Of a stretch of 64,000 nucleotides of DNA, positions 1-12,556 are shown in pieces; position 1 is the first letter of the stretch; every line of letters starts with the position of its first letter. The stretch is taken from assembly GCF_009914755.1 (NCBI RefSeq), contig NC_060941.1. One strand, written 5' to 3'. Made by a program: the position numbers and the translations under genes. Origin of the DNA: the human T2T-CHM13v2.0 reference genome, Homo sapiens. The notes under the pieces are model-generated. The model was given only the letters and a program-made list of their open reading frames with translations, was not told the DNA's origin and made no database searches.

Positions 1-3000
1 GATGGGGCAGGGGTCGGAGGAGGGGGGCTGGGGCCCAAGGCCAAGAGAGAGAGGCCTATGCAGCATGGTGGATCTAGTTTACAGAGCAGAGTGGCCAGGT
101 GCCAGGAACCTCACTCACTGGGCAATCAATGGCTGGGGAGCTGGGGGCAGTGAAGGGAGTTGGGGAGACTGGGGACTGTGGCTGGCTGGCTGATTGAGGA
201 GGGCTCCTCGTATCCCTCTTAGCATCCCTAGAATGGGAAGCCAGAGAGTCCTCCTCATTTGCAGTAACCCAGGGTCACCCTTCCTTCCCTAGAGACCAGA
301 AGGCCCTTCCAGATGGCTTAGTACAAGGAAAGAGCTGCCCTGGGGCCGGGTTGGTTCTTGGCAAAGCCAAGGCACCCTGCTGACCGGTGCCAGCCTCAGC
401 AGGGAGACAGAGGCAGCAGATGGCCTGGCCCGGGGGTGCCTGGCACGAGCAGACAAGATCCCCAGGCCTTAGAGCCACTGGCAGAGGAGAGGGACATCGA
501 AGGCGCCCCTGGGGGAAGAACACCATGCCAGGGTGTCCTGGGCCACCTGAATGCTTTCCTGGCAGGGAGGAGTTGGAAGGGGCTGAGTCGAGGGGCACTC
601 CGGCTGGAGGCTTTACCTAAGGCAGACCTTTGGGGTGGGGGTGACACTGGGCTGGGGCTGGGACCAAGAGGGTCATTTGCCAAGACCACCCCCTCCTAAG
701 CCACCATCCCCATCCTTCCCCCAGCATTCACGCTAGAAAACAAACAAACAAACAACAACAACCAAAAAAAACAGTCACATACCAGGCAGTAGAAGAGGAC
801 AACAAAGTCTGTGTCCCAGCCAATGCTTGGAATCATCTATGGACTGAGGCCACCCCCAGTGGTGCTAGGGGATGCCCACAGGTACTGAGGGTAGGGGAGA
901 CCAGGGACCAAGTAACAGGCTCCAGCGGCAGCTGACTGTGGCCTGGGGAAGGGGAGGGGTAGCAGAGGGAGTGGACACGTGGGGGCAGGCAGAGGACACC
1001 GGAAGGTTTATGAGGACAATCACGTCTGCAGACCCAGCGGTGATGGACCGCTCTGCAGAGAAGGCCTCAAGTCCCTTACCCACCACTACCATGACACCAG
1101 GCACGGGCGGCGCACACATGGGCCACCCACAGCGCCCCGCAACACACAGGCTCACGCACAGCTGAGCACAGACTCTCAGACACATCCTCTGATAAGGACA
1201 TCTCCACAGACACACCCAGAGCGACACACACACACCCCTACTAAGAGAGGGGCTCCCCAGTCAGAAACAGCCCTGGAAACAAACAGAAACTCAGAGACAG
1301 AGACATTCACACATAGACCGCCCCCACTCATACACAAACGTGTTTGGCTCCCGCCAGACCCCTGCCTCGCTTACACACACTCACAAGCACCATAGCCAGT
1401 CACAGAGGACAAGAGGTGCTGATGGCATTCACACTCACCCTCAAAACACCACAGTCACAGAAACAGAGACACGGGTGCCCACTCACAGTGAGAGACACAC
1501 ACCCCGGCTATTGAAACACACACACACACGGCCTCAGAGCCACCTACGTACAAAGAGAAAGCCCCAGGTCAGGGTGCCACTGTCCCATGCCTATCATGTC
1601 CCAGATATCATAAGTCAGGGAGGTGACCTCTGATGCAAAAGAGATAGAAGATGTTCTGTCCCCCACCCTGCCACCAGTGTCAACACATCAGACTCAGGGT
1701 ACCTTGTTCGGATGACTGAGGCCCACCTCGTGGTCCTGGGAGGGAGATAAAGACAGGGCCTGGCCACAACCACACTGGCTATGGCCTCCACATGGGCCTG
1801 CCCCAGGGTCCCAAGGCTGTGCACATCCATGGGGCAGTCACCTGGAAGGGACGTATCACTAGCAGCAGCCAAGGGAGAGGACTGGGTGGCATCAGTGCCA
1901 TAGGAAAGGCCAGCCAAGCCCCTCAAAGGATAAAGATGGAAGAGGGGCTGCGCTTGTGCCGGTCACTTGGATGCATGAGAGATGTTGAGATCAAAATCTG
2001 GAACTTCAGGCTCTGATCTATAGAGCACATGAGTGAATCCTGCCCCTCCATCCTCTGTCCTCCCTCTGGAAAGTGGGAAGAATGATCCTCTTTCATGTTG
2101 ACCCCACCAGGAACGAGACACAGTCTCTTGGCCACTCAGTGTCTCTGGCGAAGAGAAACTGTGGTGGGGGAGGCCTCTGGGGATATCATCCATCCCCTTC
2201 TCTGTCTCTTTCCAGGATTTTAACCCATGGGACAGACTAGCGTGACTGAGAGCAAAGGGCTCCTCTAGTGTTCTCTAAGGTGGGACATTCCCAGTCACTC
2301 CCCTTCCAACTTCCAGCACCCTGTACCTCCTCACCCCTTTCCAGGGTGTCTGTTCCTCCTGCTGTGCCCAGTACAGTACCTGGTGGATAGCAGGCACTCA
2401 GCAAGTATGTGACAATGAATGAATGTCAATAAAATAGGACCGAGCCATGGGTGGAGGGTGGGATCTCTGAATACTCTGGTCTGGCACCACTCCCTCCATC
2501 TCCTGGCACCCAGCACTGCTCAGCCTTCTGGGCCTTTTCCCTGGGAATTTCCCAACACCAGAAACCCCCCAGTTAGGAGGGCAGAGGGCAGGAAGGGCCA
2601 GGAGAGGTCTGGCTGTCCACCTCAAGCCAAATCTTCCAGTGCCAAAGCTGTCTCCCTCCCCCATAGTCAGGGAGGGGGTCTCACCTTCCCAAAAGACAGT
2701 GAAAGGGGGAAATAAAGAAAGGGGTGAGTAGGGGAGACCCCGGCAGGGGCAACCACTTGTGGGGAAGAATCTTAAAGGAGCTGGGGCAAAATGAGAGGTG
2801 TTCTAAGAAGGTAAGATGGAAGCATAGGACCCTAGGGACCACGCTGTGAGAAACGGGGGAAAGGAGTGTCTCTCAAGGCCCAAGGAAGCCAGGCCAGGGA
2901 GTCCTCAAACTCCTGGTGAGAAGAGGAAACAGCTTCTTCTCTCTGGGAGCTAAGGAGTTAACTCCCTTCCTCTCTCCTCCATCCTAGCCACTGGTAGAGG

Positions 3001-3499
3001 GGTTCCTACTTCCCCTGCTGCTGGTTTTCCCCCCCTCGGCCCTCATGCCCTGGGAGGGGAGGGGCTAGGGCCCCTGGGGAGGCTTGGCCCAGCCAGCTGA
3101 GGTCTCTTTCCTCCCCTGGGCAGGCATCCCCAGCAGGTTCAGTGAGCAAATGACCCCTCCTTGACCTCAAGCCCTGACCACGCACCTTCCAAGGAGGGAG
3201 GGCAACCCACGGGTCCACACCGGCTCCTTAATCCCCTGGCTGTGCTGCACCGGTGCACACACCCACCTCTCAACTCCCATGAACACGAGTCAGCGTAAAC
3301 ACTCGTCCCCCGGGCTGGGGCTAAGCCACTCGCCCCTCCTCGGGCGCCTGCCCCCACCGCGATGTACATGCATGACCCTCTCTTCCAGATGTGTGGATGA
3401 CACCCTCATCTCCTTCCCAATGCAGAGTGTGTGTGTGGGTGGGTGGGTGGGGGTGCTGTGGGACGCTGGGGAAGAGGGCGCACCCCGGGAAGGTCATGA

Positions 3500-4130
3500 C
3501 TTTCCGACGCTGGGGGAGGGGGCGCCAGCCTGATTTTGGAGTGGGGGCCGGCCCACGCCGAAGGCACCTAATGCGGTGGGGGAGGGGAGGAGGCGTTTCT
3601 CAGGGATCGGGAACCTGCAATGGCCTGGACGTCCCCCACCCCTGGATGGCTCTCGGTGCCGCGGAGCGGGCCCCCATCTCCGTGTCCCCGCCCCCCGCCC
3701 AACCCGAGGCGGCGATCCCGGCCCCCACAGTCGCTCCCCCTTACCTGCGGCCACAGGTGTACGTGCGGGGTCCCCAGCCCCAGGTCCTGCGTCCGGCTGG
3801 GGAGGGAGGGCCCCTACTCCCACCCGCCCGGGCTCTTCTCTCCCCCGGCCGCCTCCGCAGCCGCGGCCGCCGCCGCCGGTGCCCTTTGCTGCAATGCGAG
3901 AGCCGCCGCGGCCGCCGCCGTGCCGGCCCGGGCCCCAGTCGCCCCGGTAACCGCGACTCCACCTGGCGCGGCGCTGCGCGCCGCCGTGCACATCCCCTCT
4001 CGCGGCCCCCTCCCTCGGCGCGGCCCCGCCGGCGCAGCCCCGCAGAGGAGCGGCGGAGGCTGGTGGCTGCGTCGCCGCGGTCACCCGATACGCCGGCCTG
4101 GCGCCCGGGACTCGGGTTGCAGCAGGAGGG
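3500..4130. promoter_or_regulatory. Intragenic CpG island, candidate internal promoter with first exon ending at 3745
   Basis: Dense CpG and GCC repeats; minus-strand donor CAG|GTAAGG at 3745/3744. Confidence 0.7.
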
Positions 4131-5952
4131 AGGGAGGTTAGACAGCCTGGTGGAAGCCGGGGGAGGGGCTTTGGCTTGGAGTCCAACCTCTGGTGCCCTC
4201 CCAGGATCCTCTTCACTGCCCCCATCCCTAAAGGTCCCGCCTGGTGGAGGATCAGGGAGGGGACAGTGTTCTGCCTCCTGCTCAAACTTCAGAGCCCACA
4301 GCCTCTCCCCACCGGGGTCTTTGCTGTGCACCTTTGGCCTTTAACTCTCCCGTGACTTAATCCTTAGCCAAGTCTGGGAGGCCTAGGATGCCTAAGTTTC
4401 CTAGATGGCCTCTCATCCTGCCCTGCTGTGTGGTTCTGGCCTTTCCAAAGTCTCTGGTCCTGCACTTAACAAAAGGGAACCTCAGACTCAGCCTTAGGGG
4501 CAGGGAGTGTGATAAGTATCAAGTGATGAAAAGATCCTATGCACAGACACTTTCCTGGTTAATTACAGAGCCCCAGGAGGAAGGTCTGCTCAAGCGCTCC
4601 CCTTTCCTCCATCAGAGCAGATCCCAGATGTGGACAGGCCAAAATCCCCAGCTCCCCCAAGCCCCTGACTTGGGACAACTGAGCTCACCCAGTCCAGCCT
4701 CACTCCTGTCCATCATCCAACCCCTATCACAGCCCCAAGATGCTCCATCTGGGGAGGACCTCTGGGCAGACAAGGCACCACAACCCTACCCATGCATATC
4801 ACATCGTCCTCTGTCCTATCACCATCCCTGTCCTAGCCCCACTTTGGTCTCCGCCATGCACTTGGCCATTCAGGACAAGTCTGTCCCACTTGCCATCCAG
4901 CCTTGGGGGCAGACACATTCCTGTTCCCCAAAGTTCAGCCAAGATGGGGCTTGGGAACTGGGAAAGAAATTGGGCTGAATGCCCTGTGAGTGATGACAAG
5001 CATGCCAATCTGTTACTAGACTTGAGTTACACTCGGCTAAAACATCCTCCCTCTGAAGGCCTGTCATTTCCTAGGTGGTCACAATTTTCTTTCTCTTAAT
5101 TCTCCTTGAAAAAGCCAAGACTTTTTGTCCTCTGGGGGAAGCAGGGTGTGTAAGGACCTGAGCACCCTGTTCCCACTGGATTCCCTGCCACTACCCCTCC
5201 TCCGCCTCCTACAGCTGAATATCCTCAAGTCAAGACCTCCCCTGGGCTGTCCCCTTCCCATTGCAACTCTGATGCCTATTTTGGGCCTCAGATGCCTATT
5301 TTTCTCCCATAGCAATGTCCAGGCCTAGCTGGGAGCCCAGGCCCCTGGTATCCTGCCTACATGTGTCCCTGTCTAAGCTAAGATCTATCTTCCCATAACG
5401 GACACTGAAGCCTGATGAGGAAGAGGGGAATAAGTTCAGAATAGATGGCTTGATGCCCAAGTCTTCTTAAAAATTAGAGACTAAGCCATGAACTTAGCAA
5501 GAGGGGTGAGAGAGAGACTTCATGCAGAACTTCCTGATGGTGGGACATCTGGGGAAGGCTGGATCTGCTCAGAAACGGAAGGGGAGGGTGTGGAGAGGGG
5601 AATAAGATAGTCCTCAGTGGGAGGAGGGCATAAAACCCACAGAGCAAGGTCAGGGGACTTCTGTTTAAAGGAGAAAGGGATACAAAAACTTTTTTAAAAA
5701 TCCTGAGTATCTTCCCTCAAAAAATTCCTTCTCCAAAGTCAACCAGGCCTGAGGAGGTAGTGGCAGGGAATTAGACATCGGGCAGATGTGAGTACGGGAC
5801 ACAGAAGTCTCCTGAAAATAGGGGCTCCTACACCAAAGAGAAAAGGTTGCAAAATAAAAGTCCTGAACATCCCCCCTCCAAAAAAAAAAAATCCTCCCCA
5901 AAGCCAAACTCCACCATGGGCTTGGGGGGTGGGGTGGAGGTGGGTGACTCAC

Positions 5953-6051
5953 CTGGGCCGGCTGGCCAGCCCCGGAGGGGGCGGAGTCGCCATGGAGGTG
6001 GGAGCAGAGGGAGCTGAGGAGGCATACGGGGTCCACGGTCCAGCCGCCAAC
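5953..6051 (-). CDS. SRCIN1: SRCIN1 99-nt in-frame cassette exon (VGGWTVDPVCLLSSLCSHLHGDSAPSGAGQPAQ)
   Basis: CTAAT branch-point-like motif, acceptor cccccgcttcgcacacacag|GTT, donor CAG|GTGAGT; 33 codons, phase 0/0, no stop. Matches my recollection of an insert in mouse p140Cap. Confidence 0.8.
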
Positions 6052-6332
6052 CTGTGTGTGCGAAGCGGGGGACACCCCATTAGGGGAAGCGGGCAGGAGC
6101 CGCTGGGGTACTGTGATTGGGAGGGAAGGGCATTCCTGGGGCAAGCCTTGGCACAGAGCTCATACTGCAGAGGGGTCTAGCGATGCTGGCAAGTCCCTTA
6201 TTTAGGCTGGGTATCTCTCTAACTAGAGCCCTGCTCTGTTTCTGGATGTCTGCTTTTCTGTTAGACCTGGGGGTTCCCTGAGCCCAGGGCAGGGCCTTCC
6301 CTATCAGACATTTCTGAAATTCTCATCTCCAC

Positions 6333-6743
<411 letters not shown>

Positions 6744-9479
6744 TAGGAACCGCTGGGCAGGAGAAGCCTCCCCCCAGTTGTCTCTGTCCCACAGCATACC
6801 TTTCTTTCCTGTATCTCAGTGGAAGTGACTCCACCCCCTTCGTTCCCCAAGGCCACCCCACACCTAAGACCATCCTTCCAGATTCCTCTAGGACCTGTTT
6901 CCCGTGGCCTTCTTTCCCCTTGGCATCCTCAGATTCATTCCTCCCTCATTCTCTCATTCATTCCACAAACACTGCCTGAGCTGGCACCGTGCTTAAGCAC
7001 CGAACATTCCATGGCAAGTGAACGGGCCATAGATCCTGCCCACTTACACTCTAAGTGGGGAAACGAATGAGTGAAAGAAGAAAGGAACAAATTTGTGGGT
7101 GGCTGGGCTTTGATTCATTTCCTAAGTATTTACTGAGTTCCAAACTCTGTGCTGGTGAACATGCTAGAACATAGGAGGCCCTTAGACATGCCTATGCCTT
7201 CTCTCCCAGGCCTGCTACCCCTGGAAGCTCCACCCAGCTGTTTTCATCCTTTTCCTGGCCCAATCTCCCCAAAATAAGTCTGTGGCTGGGGCTCCTGATC
7301 CTTCACCAATCCCAAACTCCCTAACCCATGAAATTGGCCATTACTTTACCACACCACGAGACACAAGCTCTCAATACCCTCTGCGCCCACAAATCCCGGC
7401 CAGTCGCGATGTCTGTTTCTCTCTCCCCATCCTTTGGACTTCTGAAGCTCTGGTCACCCTCCTGCTGGCCCCTTGTCCAGGGGCCTTTTTTCCCCTGGGA
7501 CTTCCTCATGGATGTAGAACATTCCTGGTCCCCTTTCCCCAAACATCATGGGCTTTCTCCCTTCTTAGACCCCACTGTGCCCTGATGGCCACTCCGCATC
7601 CCAGGTCCACTTTGTATCTGCTGTGACCGTGCTCAACTCTTCTCCTGAAGCTGCAGCCTCTCTGGAGTCCTGAGTGGTGCATATGGTGCCTTAAGAGCAT
7701 CCCCAAGAATGCCCTACCCACTGCTCAAACCCGTCTCTGTATATTCCTCTCCCTCACCCCCAAACATTTCCCTCCAACCCTCCTATTTCTCTCCAAGGCA
7801 CCAACATCTCCCTGTCGCCCAGGTGTTTCTGTCATTGCCTTCTAGGTCCAGGCAGCTTAGCCTTAGACCTACACTTGGTCTTCTTCCAACCCCCATCCAT
7901 CCATCCTTTCCCCTTCATCATCCCTGATACACTCTTCCTCTTCTCCTTCCCCTGCCTCCAGTCCCGCTTCTCCCCTCCTATTCACCATCCAAAAGCAAAC
8001 ACAGCCACCTTAGCCACCACCATCTGCCCCACTTTTTCAGTCAGCTCCCACACATCCCACTACCTCCCACCTGAGCCTTCTCGCCGGCCAGGTGGACCTC
8101 TGTGCCAGTTCCCAAACCAACTCAGGCCTATGCCCATGCCATACACCCCCACCACTCCTAAAACAACATTCTTTCCTTTAGGGCTATGCAAACCCTTTTC
8201 ATCTTTCTAAGCCTGATTTAGATACCTCCTCCTGCAGGAAGCCTTCCCCGATCAGGCCTGCCTATGATCTTCCCTCCTCTAAACCCCGTCCCAACTGACT
8301 GTTCCCCTCCCCAGCTAGATGACAAATGCCCCTGCCCTTCTCCTCAAGCCAGTGCACACAGGAGGAACCCAATGAGAGGGGCTCCTTGAGGGTGACGGCA
8401 ACATCTTCTTCAACTCTCTCTAATCCTGATCTGCATCCTGCTCCCAGAAGGACTTCAGAGCTGGGAAAAGGCAAAAGCCAGACGGAACTGGAGGTGGCAC
8501 TAGAGGGCAGATAAGGTAGCAGAAATGTGCCAATGTGTCTTGTTCCCTGCAGTGAGGATGGGAGTGGGGACACTCCTCCCCATCCCCAGCTACATCCAGT
8601 AGAACCCGGAAAAGGGAGACAGGGACTGACACACCCCCAGGCTTGACTGAAAGGCTGCTGATGGGATGTGCATCCCTCCCCTCAGTCCCTTCACCCAGGG
8701 GTACAATGGCTGAGTCTCAGAAGCCAATATGCAGCAACCATGCAAGCGCCTCACCAATGCAGAACTGTACACAGGATGCTAGACCCAGAAAGCATGTTCT
8801 TACAGACAAGAAGCTCATACTTGGGTGGAGAGATGCATTCAGGACCCCGAGGTTCTGGGGGAGGTTTAAAAAGGAACCATCCCACTCGCTATAGAAGGAG
8901 ACGGGTCCTGGTCTAGACACAGGCGCTGTGTCTCCTCTCTAAGCCCTACTGATGGCAGGAGAGATACCCAGGTACAGAGAGAGGAGGCCTCCAGCTCCAA
9001 GTCACCCAGCACGCCACGGGGTGGAACAGGGAGGAAAGAGGTCAAAGGCTCCCGTTCTGGGCTCCATTCTTGCAGGCTGCAGGAACTGGGGACACATCGG
9101 ACCCAGCCTACTGAGGCTCTCAAGGCCCGACTCTCTCTTAGAGTCCATATCACAGAGGTGCCGACGACCCCAGCATCTCAACTTCACCACAGGATGGACT
9201 CTCAGGCACAGAACAACAGTCCCCAAGGCTGTCCTCCTCTCCTTTCCTCCCAGAAGAGTTCTGCCCAAACAGCCTGAGTTAAAGAGGCTGGGCTCTCTCT
9301 GCCCCGTCACACGCTCTCGATTTCCGGACTGCAGGCAGAGGTCTGGGGGCCAAGCCCCCACCCCCTTCCTCCCCAGGCTCCAGAAAAGGCCAACCAGAGC
9401 CACTGCCCTGGAGGGACAACTCCCCAACTCCTCCCCTTCTTCCCTCTCTGCTCCAGATGCCTCCCAGAGTTGGAATGAG

Positions 9480-10080
9480 CCTGGGGACACGGAGCACGGG
9501 GTCAGACCTCCTCCCCTGCCCGCTGGCCGCGGCCGCAGCCGCAGCCGCAGCCGGGAGCCCACTCACCTGCTCTCGCATCCTGTCCTGCTGGCCTCGCAGG
9601 GCCAGGGCGTGCTGTGGGTACTTGCTCTTCAGGTGGTCCATGAAGGCATCACGCTTGCGGTCGGCGTCCGCCTTCTGGAGCCCGCTGAGCGCCTCCAGAC
9701 TCTGGGCCGCGATCACCGTGTGCCGCCGCTCGGACGTGTGCACCAGCCCCACGTTGGAGAAGCGCCGGCCCCCGCTGCCCCCGCCGCCCCCGCCCCCCAG
9801 GGTCCGGTACTCCCGCGGGTACTCCGCATCGTCCGCAGACAGCATGGGGGGGCTGCTCCGCTCCGGATCTGCGAGAGGTGAGAGGGGCACGGCTGGGTCA
9901 CGGCGCGCCCGGCCTGGGGCTGCCCATCCCCCAAGGGGGTCCCTGCGGGAAGGGGCGGGGCCTGGGCCTAAGGAGAGTGGAGAGGCGCCCGGGGAGAGGC
10001 AGGGGCTGCCCAGCACCCCACTAGGGACTGAAGGGGGAAGTGCGTGGATGGCGTGGAAAGCGCGCCTACGGCCCCTAGGG
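9480..10080. promoter_or_regulatory. CpG island over exon 2
   Basis: Dense CpG across exon 2 and both flanks. Confidence 0.75.
9567..9868 (-). CDS. SRCIN1: SRCIN1 coding exon 2 (302 nt)
   Basis: Acceptor cccctctcacctctcgcag|ATCCGG, donor CAG|GTGAGT. Encodes (D)PERSSPPMLSADDAEYPREYRTLGGGGGGGSGGRRFSNVGLVHTSERRHTVIAAQSLEALSGLQKADADRKRDAFMDHLKSKYPQHALALRGQQDRMREQ. 22+302=324 nt, so it ends in phase 0. Confidence 0.97.
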
Positions 10081-11904
10081 AGGGGTGAGGAACAAGGGCT
10101 GGATACTCCCTGTTCCTCCGTGGGTTTGGAGCGATAATGACCGCGGGGGTGCAGCCCTTTGAGGCCAAGGGTTGGGGGTTTGGATGAAAGGGGTAGAAGG
10201 TATCCTGAGACCCTCTCCAGCCACACAACCCCCTCCCCTCCTAAAGCTGGTGCCAGCAGGTGAGGGAAGGAGGGGTGCTTTTTAGATGCTCCCTAAAAGA
10301 CGTGAAAATGAGCTCGTAGTCTTCCTTTGAGGTTGGGGGCGGGGAGCCCTGCCTCCTCCCTCAGACTAGCATATGTCCAGGACATACTTATCCTCAAGGC
10401 TGGGCGCCGGCTGGGAAAAGGGCCAGGGCAGGAAGACATGGGGAGAATGAGGGCAAAAATCGCTCTCAGGTTTCCCATGGAGATGGAAGCCCAGCGTCTG
10501 GGGCAGTGGGACCCCTTTTCCCTTCCCTCCCCAGAGACAGACAGATAGACAGACAGGAGAGGCTGGGCACAGAGAGGACAGTGAGAGATGGATTTGGAAC
10601 AAACTTAAAGGGAAAGAAAGCAGACAGAACAGCTGAAGTCCTTCCCAGGGGCTTTCCCCCCACCTCTCCCCTCCCTTCTTCAGTCTCTCCTCCCGACACA
10701 CACACAAGATCAAGACCCATAAGAGACGTACAGGGGACAAAGGACAGCACAGAAGCAAAAGAAAGAGAAGGCCGGGGGTTGAGGTCCCACGCGGAACTCT
10801 GAATCCCCTTCCCAAATGCTCTCCAGCCCTGAGCTCCTGGCCTCCCCAGGCCCAGCCCTGCTGGCCCGCACTCTCCAGCTTCAGTGACCAGTGGCCAGGG
10901 GTTCCAGAGGTCACGCATGCCCCTGGGGGTGGAAGAAGTTGCTGGGGGCCTACCTCAGCCATATTCCTGGGCATAAAACATAGATTTGTGCCCCTCAGAA
11001 GTCAGTCCATAGGGAGACAAGCACAGCCTCTCCTGCACACCCCAGCCCCACAATCCACCAGCCCCAAAGCAGCCCTCCAAGTGTGGCCTAGGACTGGGGC
11101 ATCAGGCGCTGCAGCAGACACATGCACTCCCGCCCCCGTGTGGCCTGACTCATAGGGCTCCTCCAAGGGCAGCCCAGGGCAACAGGGGACGCGGCTGGAA
11201 ACGCTGGAAACCAGCCAGGTTTGCTACAAGCCTCCTCCCGCCAAGCATCCACTGTCAGGAGGTCTATGGACAGCTGCCAGGTCTGCCATCCCCTGCCCAG
11301 CCACAGAGGAAAGAGGAGATTCAGCCAGGTTTCAAGAAAAGCCACCTGCCCCCAACACACACACACACACACATACACACATACACACCCCTCCCTGGGC
11401 AATGGTTGGGTTGTGTCCATTAGGGGCACAGAGCCTGCGAGGACCCAGCACCTCCCACCGAACCAAGGGAAGAAGGGCTCCCATGGGCATGAGAGCCGCA
11501 GCTCACCAGGGCCTGACCACCTGCCTCATGGCTGCATGCTTCCTTCCCTACACCCCATCAGGTGGGTGTTATCATGGTCCCCATTTCAGAAATGGCTACT
11601 GAGACTCAGAGAAGTCCACTGACAAGCCTAAAGCAACACTGAATGGAAGAGGCCTGATTTGATCTCAATATTTATTACGTTTGTGCCACCACACTCTCCA
11701 CGATGACTGTTTCTTGAGTGAACATTGACAGCACCACATGGCATGTGTGGACTTCCTCACTGACCTGCTGCTATCCCCAACCATGGCCCTGGGTCTTGGG
11801 TGGTCCCTCTCACCATGGTCACCATCCTCTGTTGTGCTCCCCAAAATAAGGTCCAAATACATGAGAGATGACTTTGGGAAGAACATTATTTTATGTCTTC
11901 TCTT

Positions 11905-12556
<652 letters not shown>

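Noticed and set aside
3391-4344. 317-aa, 263-aa and 196-aa ORFs over the internal CpG island
   Set aside because: Stop-poor GC-rich DNA gives Arg/Pro/Gly-rich ORFs in most frames; the two long minus-strand ones are out of phase with the 3745 donor.
8952-10137. Long plus-strand ORFs (309 aa, 226 aa) antisense to exon 2
   Set aside because: Shadows of a GC-rich coding exon and CpG island; no recognisable protein.
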